From positions 3,552,001 through 3,616,000 of the forward strand of contig OZ242005.1 in NCBI GenBank assembly GCA_965204725.1: a stretch of DNA of 64,000 nucleotides. Direction: 5' to 3'. Each line of letters starts with the position of its first letter. Within the stretch, counting starts at the first letter, position 1. Of this stretch, positions 28,786 through 38,546 are shown in pieces. The translations under genes and the position numbers were made by a program. The notes beneath the pieces are model-generated. The model did no database searches, had not been told where the DNA came from, and saw nothing but the letters and a program-made list of their open reading frames with translations. The stretch comes from Candidatus Latescibacterota bacterium. GTDB taxonomy: Bacteria; Latescibacterota; UBA2968; UBA8231.

Positions 28786-29820
28786 TCAGAAACCGAACTG
28801 AAAGGTAAACGTATTGAGTGCGTCGAAATAATCGACCGTGGTGTAGGCGTAATCAACGCGCAAATTTTTGAGCGTCCCAGCCTCTACATTCAACCCAAAG
28901 CCGAAGCTGGTGCCATAGATGTAGTCGTCGGCCGAGCGGGGCGCGTAATCAAAGCCCGCGCGCAGGGCGAAGAAATCGCTCACCAGATACTCGGCCCCCA
29001 ACCGGTACTGGTCGTAGGCGAAGTTGTTGTGCCGGAAGACCGAGGACACGTTGAGCGCGCCTAGCCCCGCGGGCGTATAGCGGTAGCTCAGACCGAGTTC
29101 AAACGTCGAGGGCAGGTCGGCCGAACTAGCCTGTACATTGTAATCAGCCGGGCCGCGCCGCACTCCATCAATCTGGCCGCGCCGCAACAGGTCGGAACCG
29201 CCAAACTGCATCCGCGTCCCAATGTGCTTGAGCGCGACGCCCAAGTCCAAGCCGGCAATCCCTCCCAGATTGGCGTATTGCAGGCCGGCACTAAACGAAG
29301 TCGCCGCGGCCTCGACGCGCTGGATGCGGTTGACGACATAATGGCTGGTGAAACCAACGGCGATGCGGTCGGTCAGCGCTCGGGCGAAGGTCAGGCCCAG
29401 CGTGAAGAAGGTCGGCGAAAAAGTCGCACCGGTGCCGTCTGGATTGGCCTCGGTGGTCACCGGAATGTCGCCAAAGCTCAGGGCCTTGATGTCGAAAGCG
29501 AGCGAACCGATGCTCTTGAAATTCGCGCCGGTAGCCAGATAGTTGATGCGGGTATCTGCCAGATACGACATCGTCGAGAACAGGATGCCCGCGTTGGATT
29601 CGGACTTGGACAGCCCTGCCGGGTTCCAGTGCAGGGATTCCAGCCCGGAGCTGGTGGCGATCGCGGCACCGCCCAAGGCCATGTCGCGGGCACCAACCGG
29701 AATCAGCAGTTCCGGGGCTGCGGCCGTCCCGGCGCGGTCATAGCCGTCGGCAAAGGCCGGAGCCGAGGCGAAAACCAACGCCAGCAGGATCGTCGAGATG
29801 CAAAGCTTGTGTCGAAGCAT
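28786..29820 (-). CDS. PorV/PorQ-like (UPF0164/FadL-type) outer membrane beta-barrel
   Basis: L.IPVGAR.MALGGA, HWNPAGL, GAEY...FALRAG, VDYAY, C-terminal FQFGF. Confidence 0.88.
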   Translation of the reverse strand: MLRHKLCISTILLALVFASAPAFADGYDRAGTAAAPELLIPVGARDMALGGAAIATSSGLESLHWNPAGLSKSESNAGILFSTMSYLADTRINYLATGANFKSIGSLAFDIKALSFGDIPVTTEANPDGTGATFSPTFFTLGLTFARALTDRIAVGFTSHYVVNRIQRVEAAATSFSAGLQYANLGGIAGLDLGVALKHIGTRMQFGGSDLLRRGQIDGVRRGPADYNVQASSADLPSTFELGLSYRYTPAGLGALNVSSVFRHNNFAYDQYRLGAEYLVSDFFALRAGFDYAPRSADDYIYGTSFGFGLNVEAGTLKNLRVDYAYTTVDYFDALNTFTFQFGF

Positions 29821-29842
29821 GGAATGGCCTCCTGTTTCTCCC

Positions 29843-32800
29843 CTAGAAGTTCTGCAAGAACTGCTGCTCTTGGATGATGGCCAGCTTGAGGACGCGGCTC
29901 ATGCCGGTCCCCGGTAGCTCGATATGGGCGATGTACATGCCGCTGGCCACCGGCAGTTCGTTGTGGTTTTGCAGATCCCAGCGCGTGAACTGCGACGGAT
30001 CGTCTTTCTCAATCGTACGCACCAGCGTACCGCTCATGTCGAAGATGCGGATATTCGCCTTGGGCGGCAGGTGGCTGAAGGTCACGAAATGGTTGTAGCG
30101 GCTGGTCTCCGCCTCGTTGACCCCTAAGTAGGGATTGGGAAAGACGTTGATCTTTGAGACGCTTTCCTTGGCCAACGCTTCGGAGTACCGCTCGGCCGTC
30201 ACGCTGAACTCAAACTCGTCTTCACCAGCCACCACGGTATTGCCGATGGTGATCTTTATGACGTCGCCCGTTGACCAGACCGAAGCTCCGCCCTGCAAAA
30301 AGAAGTAAACCCACGTGGTGTTTTCGTCTGTCAACTCGTGGATCTTGGCTGGGTCGTAGTCGGTGTGGACGATGGTGATGTAGTCGCGCCCCGGCATGTT
30401 GTACGTCTGGTGATAGGCCACGCTGCCTTCGTCCCTCGATCCGTCGGCCCCGCGGTCGTAAAACACGGCGTTCAACTGGCGCGGATTGTCCGGGTCCTCC
30501 ACGTCCCAGACCTCAAAGGGCACGCGCTGGAGGAAGGCACCGGTCGAATCCGATACCTCGGCGGGCTTGAAGGGGTGCGCCGCAATATCGCGCTCGCCGC
30601 TGCCGCCGCTGACGCCCCCGAGGGTCGCCATCGAGCCGCCCTCAACGATGCTGGTCGAATCGGCACTCCATACGCCGGTGAAGCGGAACTCAATGTCGCG
30701 CACGAGCCGAATGTCACCGGCCCCGCCGCCATCCCAGAAAGTCGAGCCATAGCCATCGGCAAAGCCGAAGAGCGTACCGTCGCCCCAGAGTGTGAGGTCG
30801 CCATCGTCAGGATTGGCGTCGTTGGTCACTGCGGCGCTGATGTAGGTCGTCGGGTTGGTAAAGACCAGATTACCCACTTTCACTTGCAGGCCATCGACGA
30901 TGGGATAGCTCTCGTCGAGGGAAATGTTGCTCTCCCGGTCAATTACCCGCTCCCCGTCGCGCAACAGGCTCCAAGTCGCGTCGTCGTTGAAGGCTACCTT
31001 GTAGGTCGCCTCTTGCAGGGCGGTCGGATCGATCACCAGCGGATATACGCTGGCATCGCCAATGCCGTTGGTGTGTTCGACGGATAGCGTATCACCCGGT
31101 GCCTCGTGAGTGCGGGTGATGCCCGGAGGCGCGACTTGTGGTACACAAGTGATGATCTGCGGGCTGCTCTCTAGGGTGGTGGTCGTGGCCGCGTCTTCCG
31201 AAGTGGCGCGATTGTACGCGGTCACCGCGAAGTGGTACTGCTGGCCGTTGACCAACGGGCCGCCGCGCAATGCGTCGTCGCCCAGCGTGATATAGCGTTG
31301 GAGGCCTCGGTCGTTGCCGATCTGCAAAGGCACGTCGAGCACCACGCCGGATTGCTCGTCGAGCGCGATACCCAATATGGTCGTCACGCCGTTGACTAAA
31401 TCAAAAGTGGCGACCCGAGTGCCTTGGCTCAGCGTCGCCTCGGCGGAAGGCAGTTGATAGACATTGTAGCCTTCAAAATCAAAACCGGGCGAACCCGTGC
31501 CTTCGGTCTCAGCCACCGACGCTGGGTCCCAACCCCAGTTGAGTACAATGGTCTGATCCAACTCAATTAGGCGGACATTGGGCCGGGCCGGCGGCTTGGG
31601 GACCTGAAAGAAGCTGTTGTACGCGTCCTGCACGAACTGGTCGGTAAACTTGAGCTTGGAGACGCTGCGCAGGCGGTCGGTGCTGCTCGCGCCCAAAAGT
31701 GCGACCACCACTTCTTGCGTGTCTCCCAATGCCATCTCAAACGGGCCGGTCGCCATTACGATGCGCCGGTCGCCGGCCGGCAATGGGATTCCGTCGTTCC
31801 AGCCCGTGGCTCGCGTTGGGTCGCCAGCGAGCGTGAACTTGGTATCCTCGTTGGTCAGCGGATTGGTATAGGGCACGGGGTTTTCAATGTCGGCCTGCGG
31901 CTGGAAGCCCTGCAACAGGTTGTACCACTGCAAGGTTCCGTCGTACTCCTGCAAGTCCGGGTCGCTAATCGACGACCCAGCCGCAAAGTACACGAAAGCG
32001 GTCATCGGCAAATTTTTGTACCCGGGCCTTAGGCCGTCGTTGAAGATCGCCACCGAGCTCTCGTCGAGCAGCGGGTTGCCTTCCTCATCCACGGCGACAT
32101 TTCCCTCCTCGTCGAGTAGGTACACCGGCACGATCGGGCCTTGCAAAAAATCGTAGCCCGCGGCCGGCGGTGCCAGCCCAAAGTTCACGTAATGGGAGTC
32201 GTCGTCAATTGAGTTATACACGTATCCGAGGCTCAAATCGACATCGGCGCCGGCAAAGTCGTCGCCAAAGTCGCCCAAGTCCGGGTCGGACCATTGGGCC
32301 AAGTACATGTCCTCGACGCGCGCCGTGTCCGGCGTACTTTCAGTGCCCTTGTAAATGACCTTGTACTTCTTAAAAATCGCGTCGCCCAGCGCGTCCGTGC
32401 GGGCGTACCCCCACAGCGTCACCTGCGTTTCCATGCCAATCGGCAGGGCGCCGTAGAGGCTGGCGACAGCCCCTTCGTCCAAGTCGTTGACCGCGAACCA
32501 GATCACTTGGTCGGCATTGGCCAGCCCCGGCTCGTCCACCGCGGGGTCGTAGCTTCCGTCGCCGTTGTTGTCGTAAAAGGGAGCGCCCAACTCGGCCGGC
32601 CATTCCATCCAGTCGCGCTCGTATTGGGCGCGCACGGCCTCCTCATCGGCCGCGGTGACTGCGCTCAGGCCCTTGTTGAGGACCTCAGAGGCGTCAAGGC
32701 GCAAATCAGCGGTAGCATAGTCGCGGCGAATTCGGTACAGACGCGCTGTATCGCGGTCTTGGGCCACCCCCTTCGACTCAATGACGCCCGGGACCGTGCC

Positions 32801-33133
32801 AATGGCATAGGTCTGGCCGCCAACTCGCAACTCCTGTGGGTTGCCGTCGAGGACCCGCCCGCCCCAAATCAAGCCGTCCTGATAGATGACTTGGTCGGTC
32901 GAGCGCGGAAACGTCACGCCCGCGCCGCTCGTGATCGGGTGGTGGGCCGACGCGCCATTACTCTGGATCCACATGGCCATGTTGTTGATGTTGAGCATCG
33001 TCCACTCGGTCGAGACCTTAACGGCGTCTTCTTGGAGGGCTTTGGCCGCCCGGCCATAGAACGGGTCGCGTGCCTCGGCCGGGCCGATCGCCAGCCCAGC
33101 CGCAGCTATCATTCCAAAAATGAGTTTTCGCAT
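29843..33133 (-). CDS. Large acidic secreted protein with a T9SS type-A-like C-terminal sorting domain
   Basis: Signal peptide; LNINN, GLIWGG, WSDPDLG, FN3-like PPARPNV...FEGYNVY...YHFAVTAY; CTD INVFPNPY...IRIFDMSGTLVRTI...WDLQN...PVASGMYI...KLAII. Confidence 0.85.
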   Translation of the reverse strand: MRKLIFGMIAAAGLAIGPAEARDPFYGRAAKALQEDAVKVSTEWTMLNINNMAMWIQSNGASAHHPITSGAGVTFPRSTDQVIYQDGLIWGGRVLDGNPQELRVGGQTYAIGTVPGVIESKGVAQDRDTARLYRIRRDYATADLRLDASEVLNKGLSAVTAADEEAVRAQYERDWMEWPAELGAPFYDNNGDGSYDPAVDEPGLANADQVIWFAVNDLDEGAVASLYGALPIGMETQVTLWGYARTDALGDAIFKKYKVIYKGTESTPDTARVEDMYLAQWSDPDLGDFGDDFAGADVDLSLGYVYNSIDDDSHYVNFGLAPPAAGYDFLQGPIVPVYLLDEEGNVAVDEEGNPLLDESSVAIFNDGLRPGYKNLPMTAFVYFAAGSSISDPDLQEYDGTLQWYNLLQGFQPQADIENPVPYTNPLTNEDTKFTLAGDPTRATGWNDGIPLPAGDRRIVMATGPFEMALGDTQEVVVALLGASSTDRLRSVSKLKFTDQFVQDAYNSFFQVPKPPARPNVRLIELDQTIVLNWGWDPASVAETEGTGSPGFDFEGYNVYQLPSAEATLSQGTRVATFDLVNGVTTILGIALDEQSGVVLDVPLQIGNDRGLQRYITLGDDALRGGPLVNGQQYHFAVTAYNRATSEDAATTTTLESSPQIITCVPQVAPPGITRTHEAPGDTLSVEHTNGIGDASVYPLVIDPTALQEATYKVAFNDDATWSLLRDGERVIDRESNISLDESYPIVDGLQVKVGNLVFTNPTTYISAAVTNDANPDDGDLTLWGDGTLFGFADGYGSTFWDGGGAGDIRLVRDIEFRFTGVWSADSTSIVEGGSMATLGGVSGGSGERDIAAHPFKPAEVSDSTGAFLQRVPFEVWDVEDPDNPRQLNAVFYDRGADGSRDEGSVAYHQTYNMPGRDYITIVHTDYDPAKIHELTDENTTWVYFFLQGGASVWSTGDVIKITIGNTVVAGEDEFEFSVTAERYSEALAKESVSKINVFPNPYLGVNEAETSRYNHFVTFSHLPPKANIRIFDMSGTLVRTIEKDDPSQFTRWDLQNHNELPVASGMYIAHIELPGTGMSRVLKLAIIQEQQFLQNF

Positions 33134-33158
33134 GGTGTACTTCCTCGCTTTTAAGCGG

Positions 33159-36100
33159 CTAGAAGTCGAATTGCAAACCAAAGCGTATCTGCCGCGGTGA
33201 GTCGTAGATGTCGCCGCCTTCGGTGGACCAGTAGTGCTGGCGGTTGAGCAAGTTGACGGCCTCGTAGAGCTGCTGGTACTGCAAGCCGCCGCTGGCCTCG
33301 ACGATCTGCTGGCTCAGATCCGGGTTCGTCAAAAAGCCGTCGTCCTTGTCGTTGCCGGTCCGGCCGTACACGTTAATTACGTTCTGGCGGTTGAACAGGT
33401 TTTGCACGTACGCGTAAATCTGGGCATTGACCCCATAGAGCGAAAAGCCCTTGTCGATCCGCAAGCCGACCTCAAAGGTCCAAGGCGTCGCCGAGCGGTT
33501 GATGGACTCAACGGGCTTGCGCGAGCGCGGGTCGTCGCTGGCGAGGATGCCGCCTTCTTCCGGCCCGCGCTGGCCGATTGAGCCATCTACGAGCGTGAAG
33601 TTGTAGCCGCTGGCAAACCGCGCCAGCAGGTTGGCCCCCAAGCTGCGGAGGAACGGGTTCGCTTCGTTGTCGGCAAAGCGGTAGTCCAAAAGCAGGGAGC
33701 CGCGGTGCGTCTGGTTGAAGTCGAGCGGGGAGATGATCGTCGGCACGTCCGTGTCGTTCTCCACGCCCGACTGCGCCGATGTCAGGGTCGAACCGGTGCC
33801 GCGCGCGTCGGACAGGGTGTAGTTCAACTCGGCCCGCACGCGGTTGATCCGCCGCACCTTGAACTGGAACTCAATGCCCTTGGTCGTGGCAAAATCGCCG
33901 TTCTGCAAGTACGTGAACGAGCCGGCCTCCCTTGCGTCGGCCGACACCTCTTGCCGCCGGATTTGGATCTGGCCCTTGACGTCGCGGTAGAAACTCGTCA
34001 CGTCAAACGAGGCAAAATCCGCGAACTGACGCTCAAAGCCGATCTCGTATTGGGTCGTGCGTACCGGCTCAACGTCAAAGGCTGTGGGCGTGAGGATGAA
34101 GTTTTGTCCCCCCAACTCTAGGGCCAGCCGCGCCCCGCCGGTGAACATCTCGCGCATGCGCGGCATCTGGGAGAAGCGCCCGTACTGCACGTGAAAGACC
34201 GTCAGGTCCGACACCGGGAACGAAAAGCCCAAGCGCGGGCTGACCTCCGTATAGGCCGCTGTCTTCTCCATGTAGGTGCCGGCCGAGTCTGCGATCACCA
34301 GAGTGCGCTCCTTTTCGTCAACCACCGGCGCCGCTTGATCGACAAAGCGCCAACTCGCCGCATCAAAGTAATCCAAGCGCAACCCGGCGTTGATGATCAG
34401 ATCATTGTATTCAATTTTGTCTTGGACGTAGGCCGAGCCGACCACGGGCTTGCGCGGGTCTTGCAGCGGGTCGGCCGACGAGTCAATGGAGCGGCCAAAC
34501 TCGTCGTAGCCAAAGAAGTCGCCCGAGCTGCGGCGTAGAAACCGCTTGAGGTCATCGAGGCTCCCCTCGCCTTCGGGCAGGCCCTCGGCGGTTTTGATGA
34601 GCTCGTCGAGGATCGCGCCCTCGGCGAGCTCGCCGCTGTAGTACCGCTGGTACACTTCGTCTAGCTCGGGGTAGGTCGCGGCGATGCCTGAGCGAATGGA
34701 CCCGTTGAAAATGCTGTGGCGGCGCGACGTCCACATCTGGTAGTCAAAGCCGGCCTTGAGCTGATGGACCGCGGTCTGCTTGGTAATGCTGCCGGCCAAG
34801 CCCCAATAGCGGTCCTGTTCCTTGCCGTACCAAGCGCCCGTGCTGTTGCCCGACCCAGAATTGGTAGGCGAACCCGGGCGGTTGAACGGAAACCCGCTCA
34901 GGTCATACGGCTCGGGAATCGACCCGTTGGCCGTATAGGGGGTGTACTCCGGGCCGCCTTCCAAGGCCCGCTGGACGGCCACGCTGTCGTTGTACACCCA
35001 CCAACGCTCTTTGAACAACCCGTCAAAACTCTCTCGTCCCTGATTGTAGAAACTGACGTTCATTTCGTAGAACAGGCTCGGGTCGAGCAAGTGGATGGCC
35101 TTTAGGTTGACCAAGCTCGACGAGAGCGTCTGCTCGTTGAGGCGTTCTTGGTTGAGGATGTTTTTGATGGGGTTGATATTGAGGTCGCGTTGCCCGGCCG
35201 AGTGCAGGCCCGTGACCCGGAACAGGATGGGGTTGTAGTTGAAGTGCAGGGTGCCGTTGAAGTCGGTGATATAGCTGCCGGTGTGCGGGATATTGCCCGG
35301 CTTGACCTCCAGCCGCTCGACCACGTCTGGGATGGGATTGCCTTCCTCGTCTTTGGCCCAATGCACGCGCCCTTGGCGATTGCCCGTATCCACCAGATTC
35401 TCGAATTCAAACCCCGACCAGAAGGTCGGTCGATACTCCCGGTACCACCGCTGACCGGCGAGAAAGGCGCGGATGTTTTGGTTGCCCGCGACCGGGCCGC
35501 CGGCCGTGATCACTTGGCTGGAATAGCCATAAGAGTACGTGCCAAAGCGCTCCTCAAAGTCGGAAGTGAAATTGTCCGACTCGGCAATGACCCTGAAGTC
35601 CCAATCGCGGCCTCCGGTGCGCAGCTCCTGCAAGACGATGCCGGCGTTGGCCCCGCCGTACTCGGCGTTGAAGCCGCCGGCCTGTAGCTGAATTTCTTCT
35701 AGGGCTTCGTCGATCAGGCCCACAGCGCTGCCGCCGGTGATTATGTTGCGGACGCTGGCCCCATCGACGTAGTAGCCAATTTCGTCGGAGCGCGAGCCGC
35801 GGATGTGCAACGCCCCCTCGTCTTCAACCACGCCGGCCTGCAAAGCCAAGACTTGGCCGACGCCTCGGAACGGCAGAATTTCTAGGTCCTCGGCCCCGAC
35901 AATCCGCACCGCATTGGTGGCGTTTTTGTCGATGATCGGCCGCTCGGCCCGGATGACCACTTCCTCGACTTGGATATCCGCAGAAGTCAGGTCAATGTCG
36001 AGGTTCGTAGTCAGGTCGGCCGAGACTCGCACATCCTCCACTGTATAGTCTGCGTAGCCGATGTACGTGGCCTTGAGTGTGTAGGTGCCCGCCGGCACGT

Positions 36101-36314
36101 TGAGAATAAAGAAGCGGCCCTTTTCATCGGCCGTGGTCCCCAGCTTGGTCCCGACCACTGCGACATTGGCTTGGGGCAGCCCATCCCCGGTGGTGGCATC
36201 CTTGACGACACCGGCTATTTTGCCGCCCGTACTAGCCCCGGCCGGCGCCAAGCTCAGCGCGAGCAGGACGCCCAGTGCGGTCACAACGCGAATAACGCCT
36301 GCGAATTTGGTCAT
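33159..36314 (-). CDS. TonB-dependent receptor with an N-terminal carboxypeptidase-regulatory-like domain
   Basis: GKIAGVVKD...G.FFILNVPAGTY; plug HIRGSR...YYVDG, GGFNAEYG; barrel YVQDKIE, NAGLRLD, SPRLGFSFP, NLFN, PRQIRFGLQFDF. Confidence 0.93.
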   Translation of the reverse strand: MTKFAGVIRVVTALGVLLALSLAPAGASTGGKIAGVVKDATTGDGLPQANVAVVGTKLGTTADEKGRFFILNVPAGTYTLKATYIGYADYTVEDVRVSADLTTNLDIDLTSADIQVEEVVIRAERPIIDKNATNAVRIVGAEDLEILPFRGVGQVLALQAGVVEDEGALHIRGSRSDEIGYYVDGASVRNIITGGSAVGLIDEALEEIQLQAGGFNAEYGGANAGIVLQELRTGGRDWDFRVIAESDNFTSDFEERFGTYSYGYSSQVITAGGPVAGNQNIRAFLAGQRWYREYRPTFWSGFEFENLVDTGNRQGRVHWAKDEEGNPIPDVVERLEVKPGNIPHTGSYITDFNGTLHFNYNPILFRVTGLHSAGQRDLNINPIKNILNQERLNEQTLSSSLVNLKAIHLLDPSLFYEMNVSFYNQGRESFDGLFKERWWVYNDSVAVQRALEGGPEYTPYTANGSIPEPYDLSGFPFNRPGSPTNSGSGNSTGAWYGKEQDRYWGLAGSITKQTAVHQLKAGFDYQMWTSRRHSIFNGSIRSGIAATYPELDEVYQRYYSGELAEGAILDELIKTAEGLPEGEGSLDDLKRFLRRSSGDFFGYDEFGRSIDSSADPLQDPRKPVVGSAYVQDKIEYNDLIINAGLRLDYFDAASWRFVDQAAPVVDEKERTLVIADSAGTYMEKTAAYTEVSPRLGFSFPVSDLTVFHVQYGRFSQMPRMREMFTGGARLALELGGQNFILTPTAFDVEPVRTTQYEIGFERQFADFASFDVTSFYRDVKGQIQIRRQEVSADAREAGSFTYLQNGDFATTKGIEFQFKVRRINRVRAELNYTLSDARGTGSTLTSAQSGVENDTDVPTIISPLDFNQTHRGSLLLDYRFADNEANPFLRSLGANLLARFASGYNFTLVDGSIGQRGPEEGGILASDDPRSRKPVESINRSATPWTFEVGLRIDKGFSLYGVNAQIYAYVQNLFNRQNVINVYGRTGNDKDDGFLTNPDLSQQIVEASGGLQYQQLYEAVNLLNRQHYWSTEGGDIYDSPRQIRFGLQFDF

Positions 36315-36345
36315 ATCTCCCTCCTTATGGAGTAGTTCGATACCC

Positions 36346-37059
36346 CTACATCAGATGCAGCCAATCCTCTAAAAGAAAGGTCACGCGCCCGATCAACAGC
36401 GAGACCCTCGCCATAATGGTGTACCCAAACGAAGCACCAAACGAGACCATCAAAAACCATATCCCCACCTTGGAGACATGGCCCGCCGCGCTGGTGTGCT
36501 CAACCGAAAAGAAAAAGTAAACCAACACCCCGACGACCCCGACTAGGACGATCAGCAGGTTGAGCCCTTCTACGCTCCAAGTGAGCGGCTGTAATGTAGG
36601 CTCAATTTGGGCGAGAATAAAGGAAGAAATATAGCGGGGAATCGTCCATCCGGCCCCGAGCCCTACGAAAAACGCAAACGCATAGCGGCTGAGCCAACCG
36701 AAGCGCAACGAAAAGCGCGTCAACATCAAAAGCCCGAGCACGGTCGGGGCCAACAGCCACCAGTTGGGCGTCTCCCCTTCCCCCGGATCGGTCCATTCGG
36801 CGATGAGCTCGCCGTAGATCGTCGGATACCAGTACTGGCCGAATACATAGGCCGCGGCCACGCCGACGAAGACGTGCTCGGCAAACTTGAAGAGCGGGTT
36901 GTCCTTGTAGAGGAAGCTATACAGCGCCAAGGTCATGCCAGCGGCGACTATGACGCCGAAACCGGTCCAGTCGGCCGCCAAGATCCCGCTGGCCACCAAG
37001 GCGATGTTGACGGCCGCAAACAGCAACACAAAACCCAACAAGACATACGTATCGCGCAT
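36346..37059 (-). CDS. Polytopic membrane protein of unknown function (about 7 TM)
   Basis: TLALYSFLYKDNPLFKFAEHVFVG, LVYFFFS, FLMVSFGASFGYTIMARVSLLIGR; highly hydrophobic. Confidence 0.85.
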   Translation of the reverse strand: MRDTYVLLGFVLLFAAVNIALVASGILAADWTGFGVIVAAGMTLALYSFLYKDNPLFKFAEHVFVGVAAAYVFGQYWYPTIYGELIAEWTDPGEGETPNWWLLAPTVLGLLMLTRFSLRFGWLSRYAFAFFVGLGAGWTIPRYISSFILAQIEPTLQPLTWSVEGLNLLIVLVGVVGVLVYFFFSVEHTSAAGHVSKVGIWFLMVSFGASFGYTIMARVSLLIGRVTFLLEDWLHLM

Positions 37060-37062
37060 GGC

Positions 37063-37881
37063 TCAGCACTCCTGCGGAGATCGGCCCCGCCGGGCGGCGA
37101 AGTACGCGATGTTGCCAAAAATCACGAAGGCGACAATGACCAGATGGGTCACCGACTGGGGCGACATGCTCTTGTTGGCCGCATCGCGGTGGTCGATCAG
37201 GACCTCGTATTCGGCGGCACCGGCCAAGCCGCCGAGCAGGCCCACGAGCTGGCCCGATCCGAGGAATGGGTAGAGATCCGGGGCCATTACTGCGGTGCAG
37301 CCGGCCGCAAAGGGGAAGCCGTACTTCTCCTGCCCGAAGGGGATCCACCAAAACTCAATCGAATCCCCGGCCCCTAAGTCAAAGACGAAGTCGAAATCGC
37401 GCAGCGAGCGCAAACCCCGCATCAGCTCCAAGTCGCCGACGCTTGTGCCCCAGTTGTCCTGCGGAAACGCGCCGGGTACGTCGTGCCCCATGTTGAGTAT
37501 GACGCTAGAGGTCCCGGGCTTATAGCCCAGAAAGGCGTACTCCACGCCGTAGGTCAAATCGAATTCGGCCGCCATCTCCTCGAGCACCGCTTGGGCTAGC
37601 CCGGTCGCTTCGGGCCACAGGCAGATGGCGACTACCTTGAGCTGGCGGCTAAATGCGTGGCGCAAAATCGCCCGCGCCATGGGCTGCATCTCCGGGGCCG
37701 TGCTGGCGCCGTAGGAGAAGGAGACTAATACGACCTGCCCGGCGGCGAGCTGTTCAAATTGGTCGTACGCCGCTCGTACTTGCTTGCTCGGCGTAATCGG
37801 CAGGTGCAGCCCGATCAAGAGCGGCCCGACCACGCCCAAAAACACCAAGGCGAAGAGAATGCGGCGGTCAATTTGGATCAT
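37063..37881 (-). CDS. Membrane-anchored alpha/beta-domain protein (probable DUF6754 paralog)
   Basis: N- and C-terminal TM segments around a soluble alpha/beta domain; EMQPMA, YAFLGYKPG, GCTAVMAP...YPF..SGQL.GLLGGL.GAAEYE. Confidence 0.8.
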   Translation of the reverse strand: MIQIDRRILFALVFLGVVGPLLIGLHLPITPSKQVRAAYDQFEQLAAGQVVLVSFSYGASTAPEMQPMARAILRHAFSRQLKVVAICLWPEATGLAQAVLEEMAAEFDLTYGVEYAFLGYKPGTSSVILNMGHDVPGAFPQDNWGTSVGDLELMRGLRSLRDFDFVFDLGAGDSIEFWWIPFGQEKYGFPFAAGCTAVMAPDLYPFLGSGQLVGLLGGLAGAAEYEVLIDHRDAANKSMSPQSVTHLVIVAFVIFGNIAYFAARRGRSPQEC

Positions 37882-38537
37882 TCGTCGCCTCCACCGCCCA
37901 AATACGAACGCTCAATGCCGAAAATGATTCGCAGCGAGGTCGCGATGGCCCCGAGCGACACCCCGAGCAGAATGCCGCGCTTGGCCGCTAAGTTCGGCAC
38001 ACTCATGAGCCAGTCGGTCGCCAGCGGAAAAAACTCCGAGATTTCTCGGCCAATGGGCACTCGGCCCAGCATGACGATCACCGCGGCGATCAGCAACAGC
38101 GCGGCCTCGGGCGTGCGGGCGCGAAAGGTCCGGTAGGCCGCCGAAGCGATGAAAAAGGCCAAGATCGAAAACATGGTGCCCGAACAAGGCAGGTGGACGT
38201 ACTGAAAGAGCCAGTTGTAGCCCCCGGCTTCGGCTTGGGCGACAAAGGGACCGCGGCCATCGTTGTACACGACGAAGAACATCATCAGCGCAAAGCTGGC
38301 GATGGCAACCAAGCTGTAGCCCCAACCGACGACGTGCTGGCGGATCCGCTGCCAATGCAGGTTGAGCAGGCTGTACAGGCCGAGCAGGTAGGCAAACGCG
38401 GAGATGATCCGCACCCACTTTGCCATTTCGCGCTCAAATCCTTGGGCATGGCTGTGCGGTATGTAGTAGATGGCAATGCCCAGCAGGCCAAAGACTAAGG
38501 CGATAGCCAGCGGCACGGTGCGGCTAAAAAACAGCAT
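37878..38537 (-). CDS. Polytopic membrane protein of unknown function (5-6 TM)
   Basis: SILAFFIASAAYRTFRAR, A.KRGILLG..LG.I...LRII.GIER; 4-bp overlap with the next gene. Confidence 0.85.
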   Translation of the reverse strand: MLFFSRTVPLAIALVFGLLGIAIYYIPHSHAQGFEREMAKWVRIISAFAYLLGLYSLLNLHWQRIRQHVVGWGYSLVAIASFALMMFFVVYNDGRGPFVAQAEAGGYNWLFQYVHLPCSGTMFSILAFFIASAAYRTFRARTPEAALLLIAAVIVMLGRVPIGREISEFFPLATDWLMSVPNLAAKRGILLGVSLGAIATSLRIIFGIERSYLGGGGDE

Positions 38538-38546
38538 GGCCCCTCC

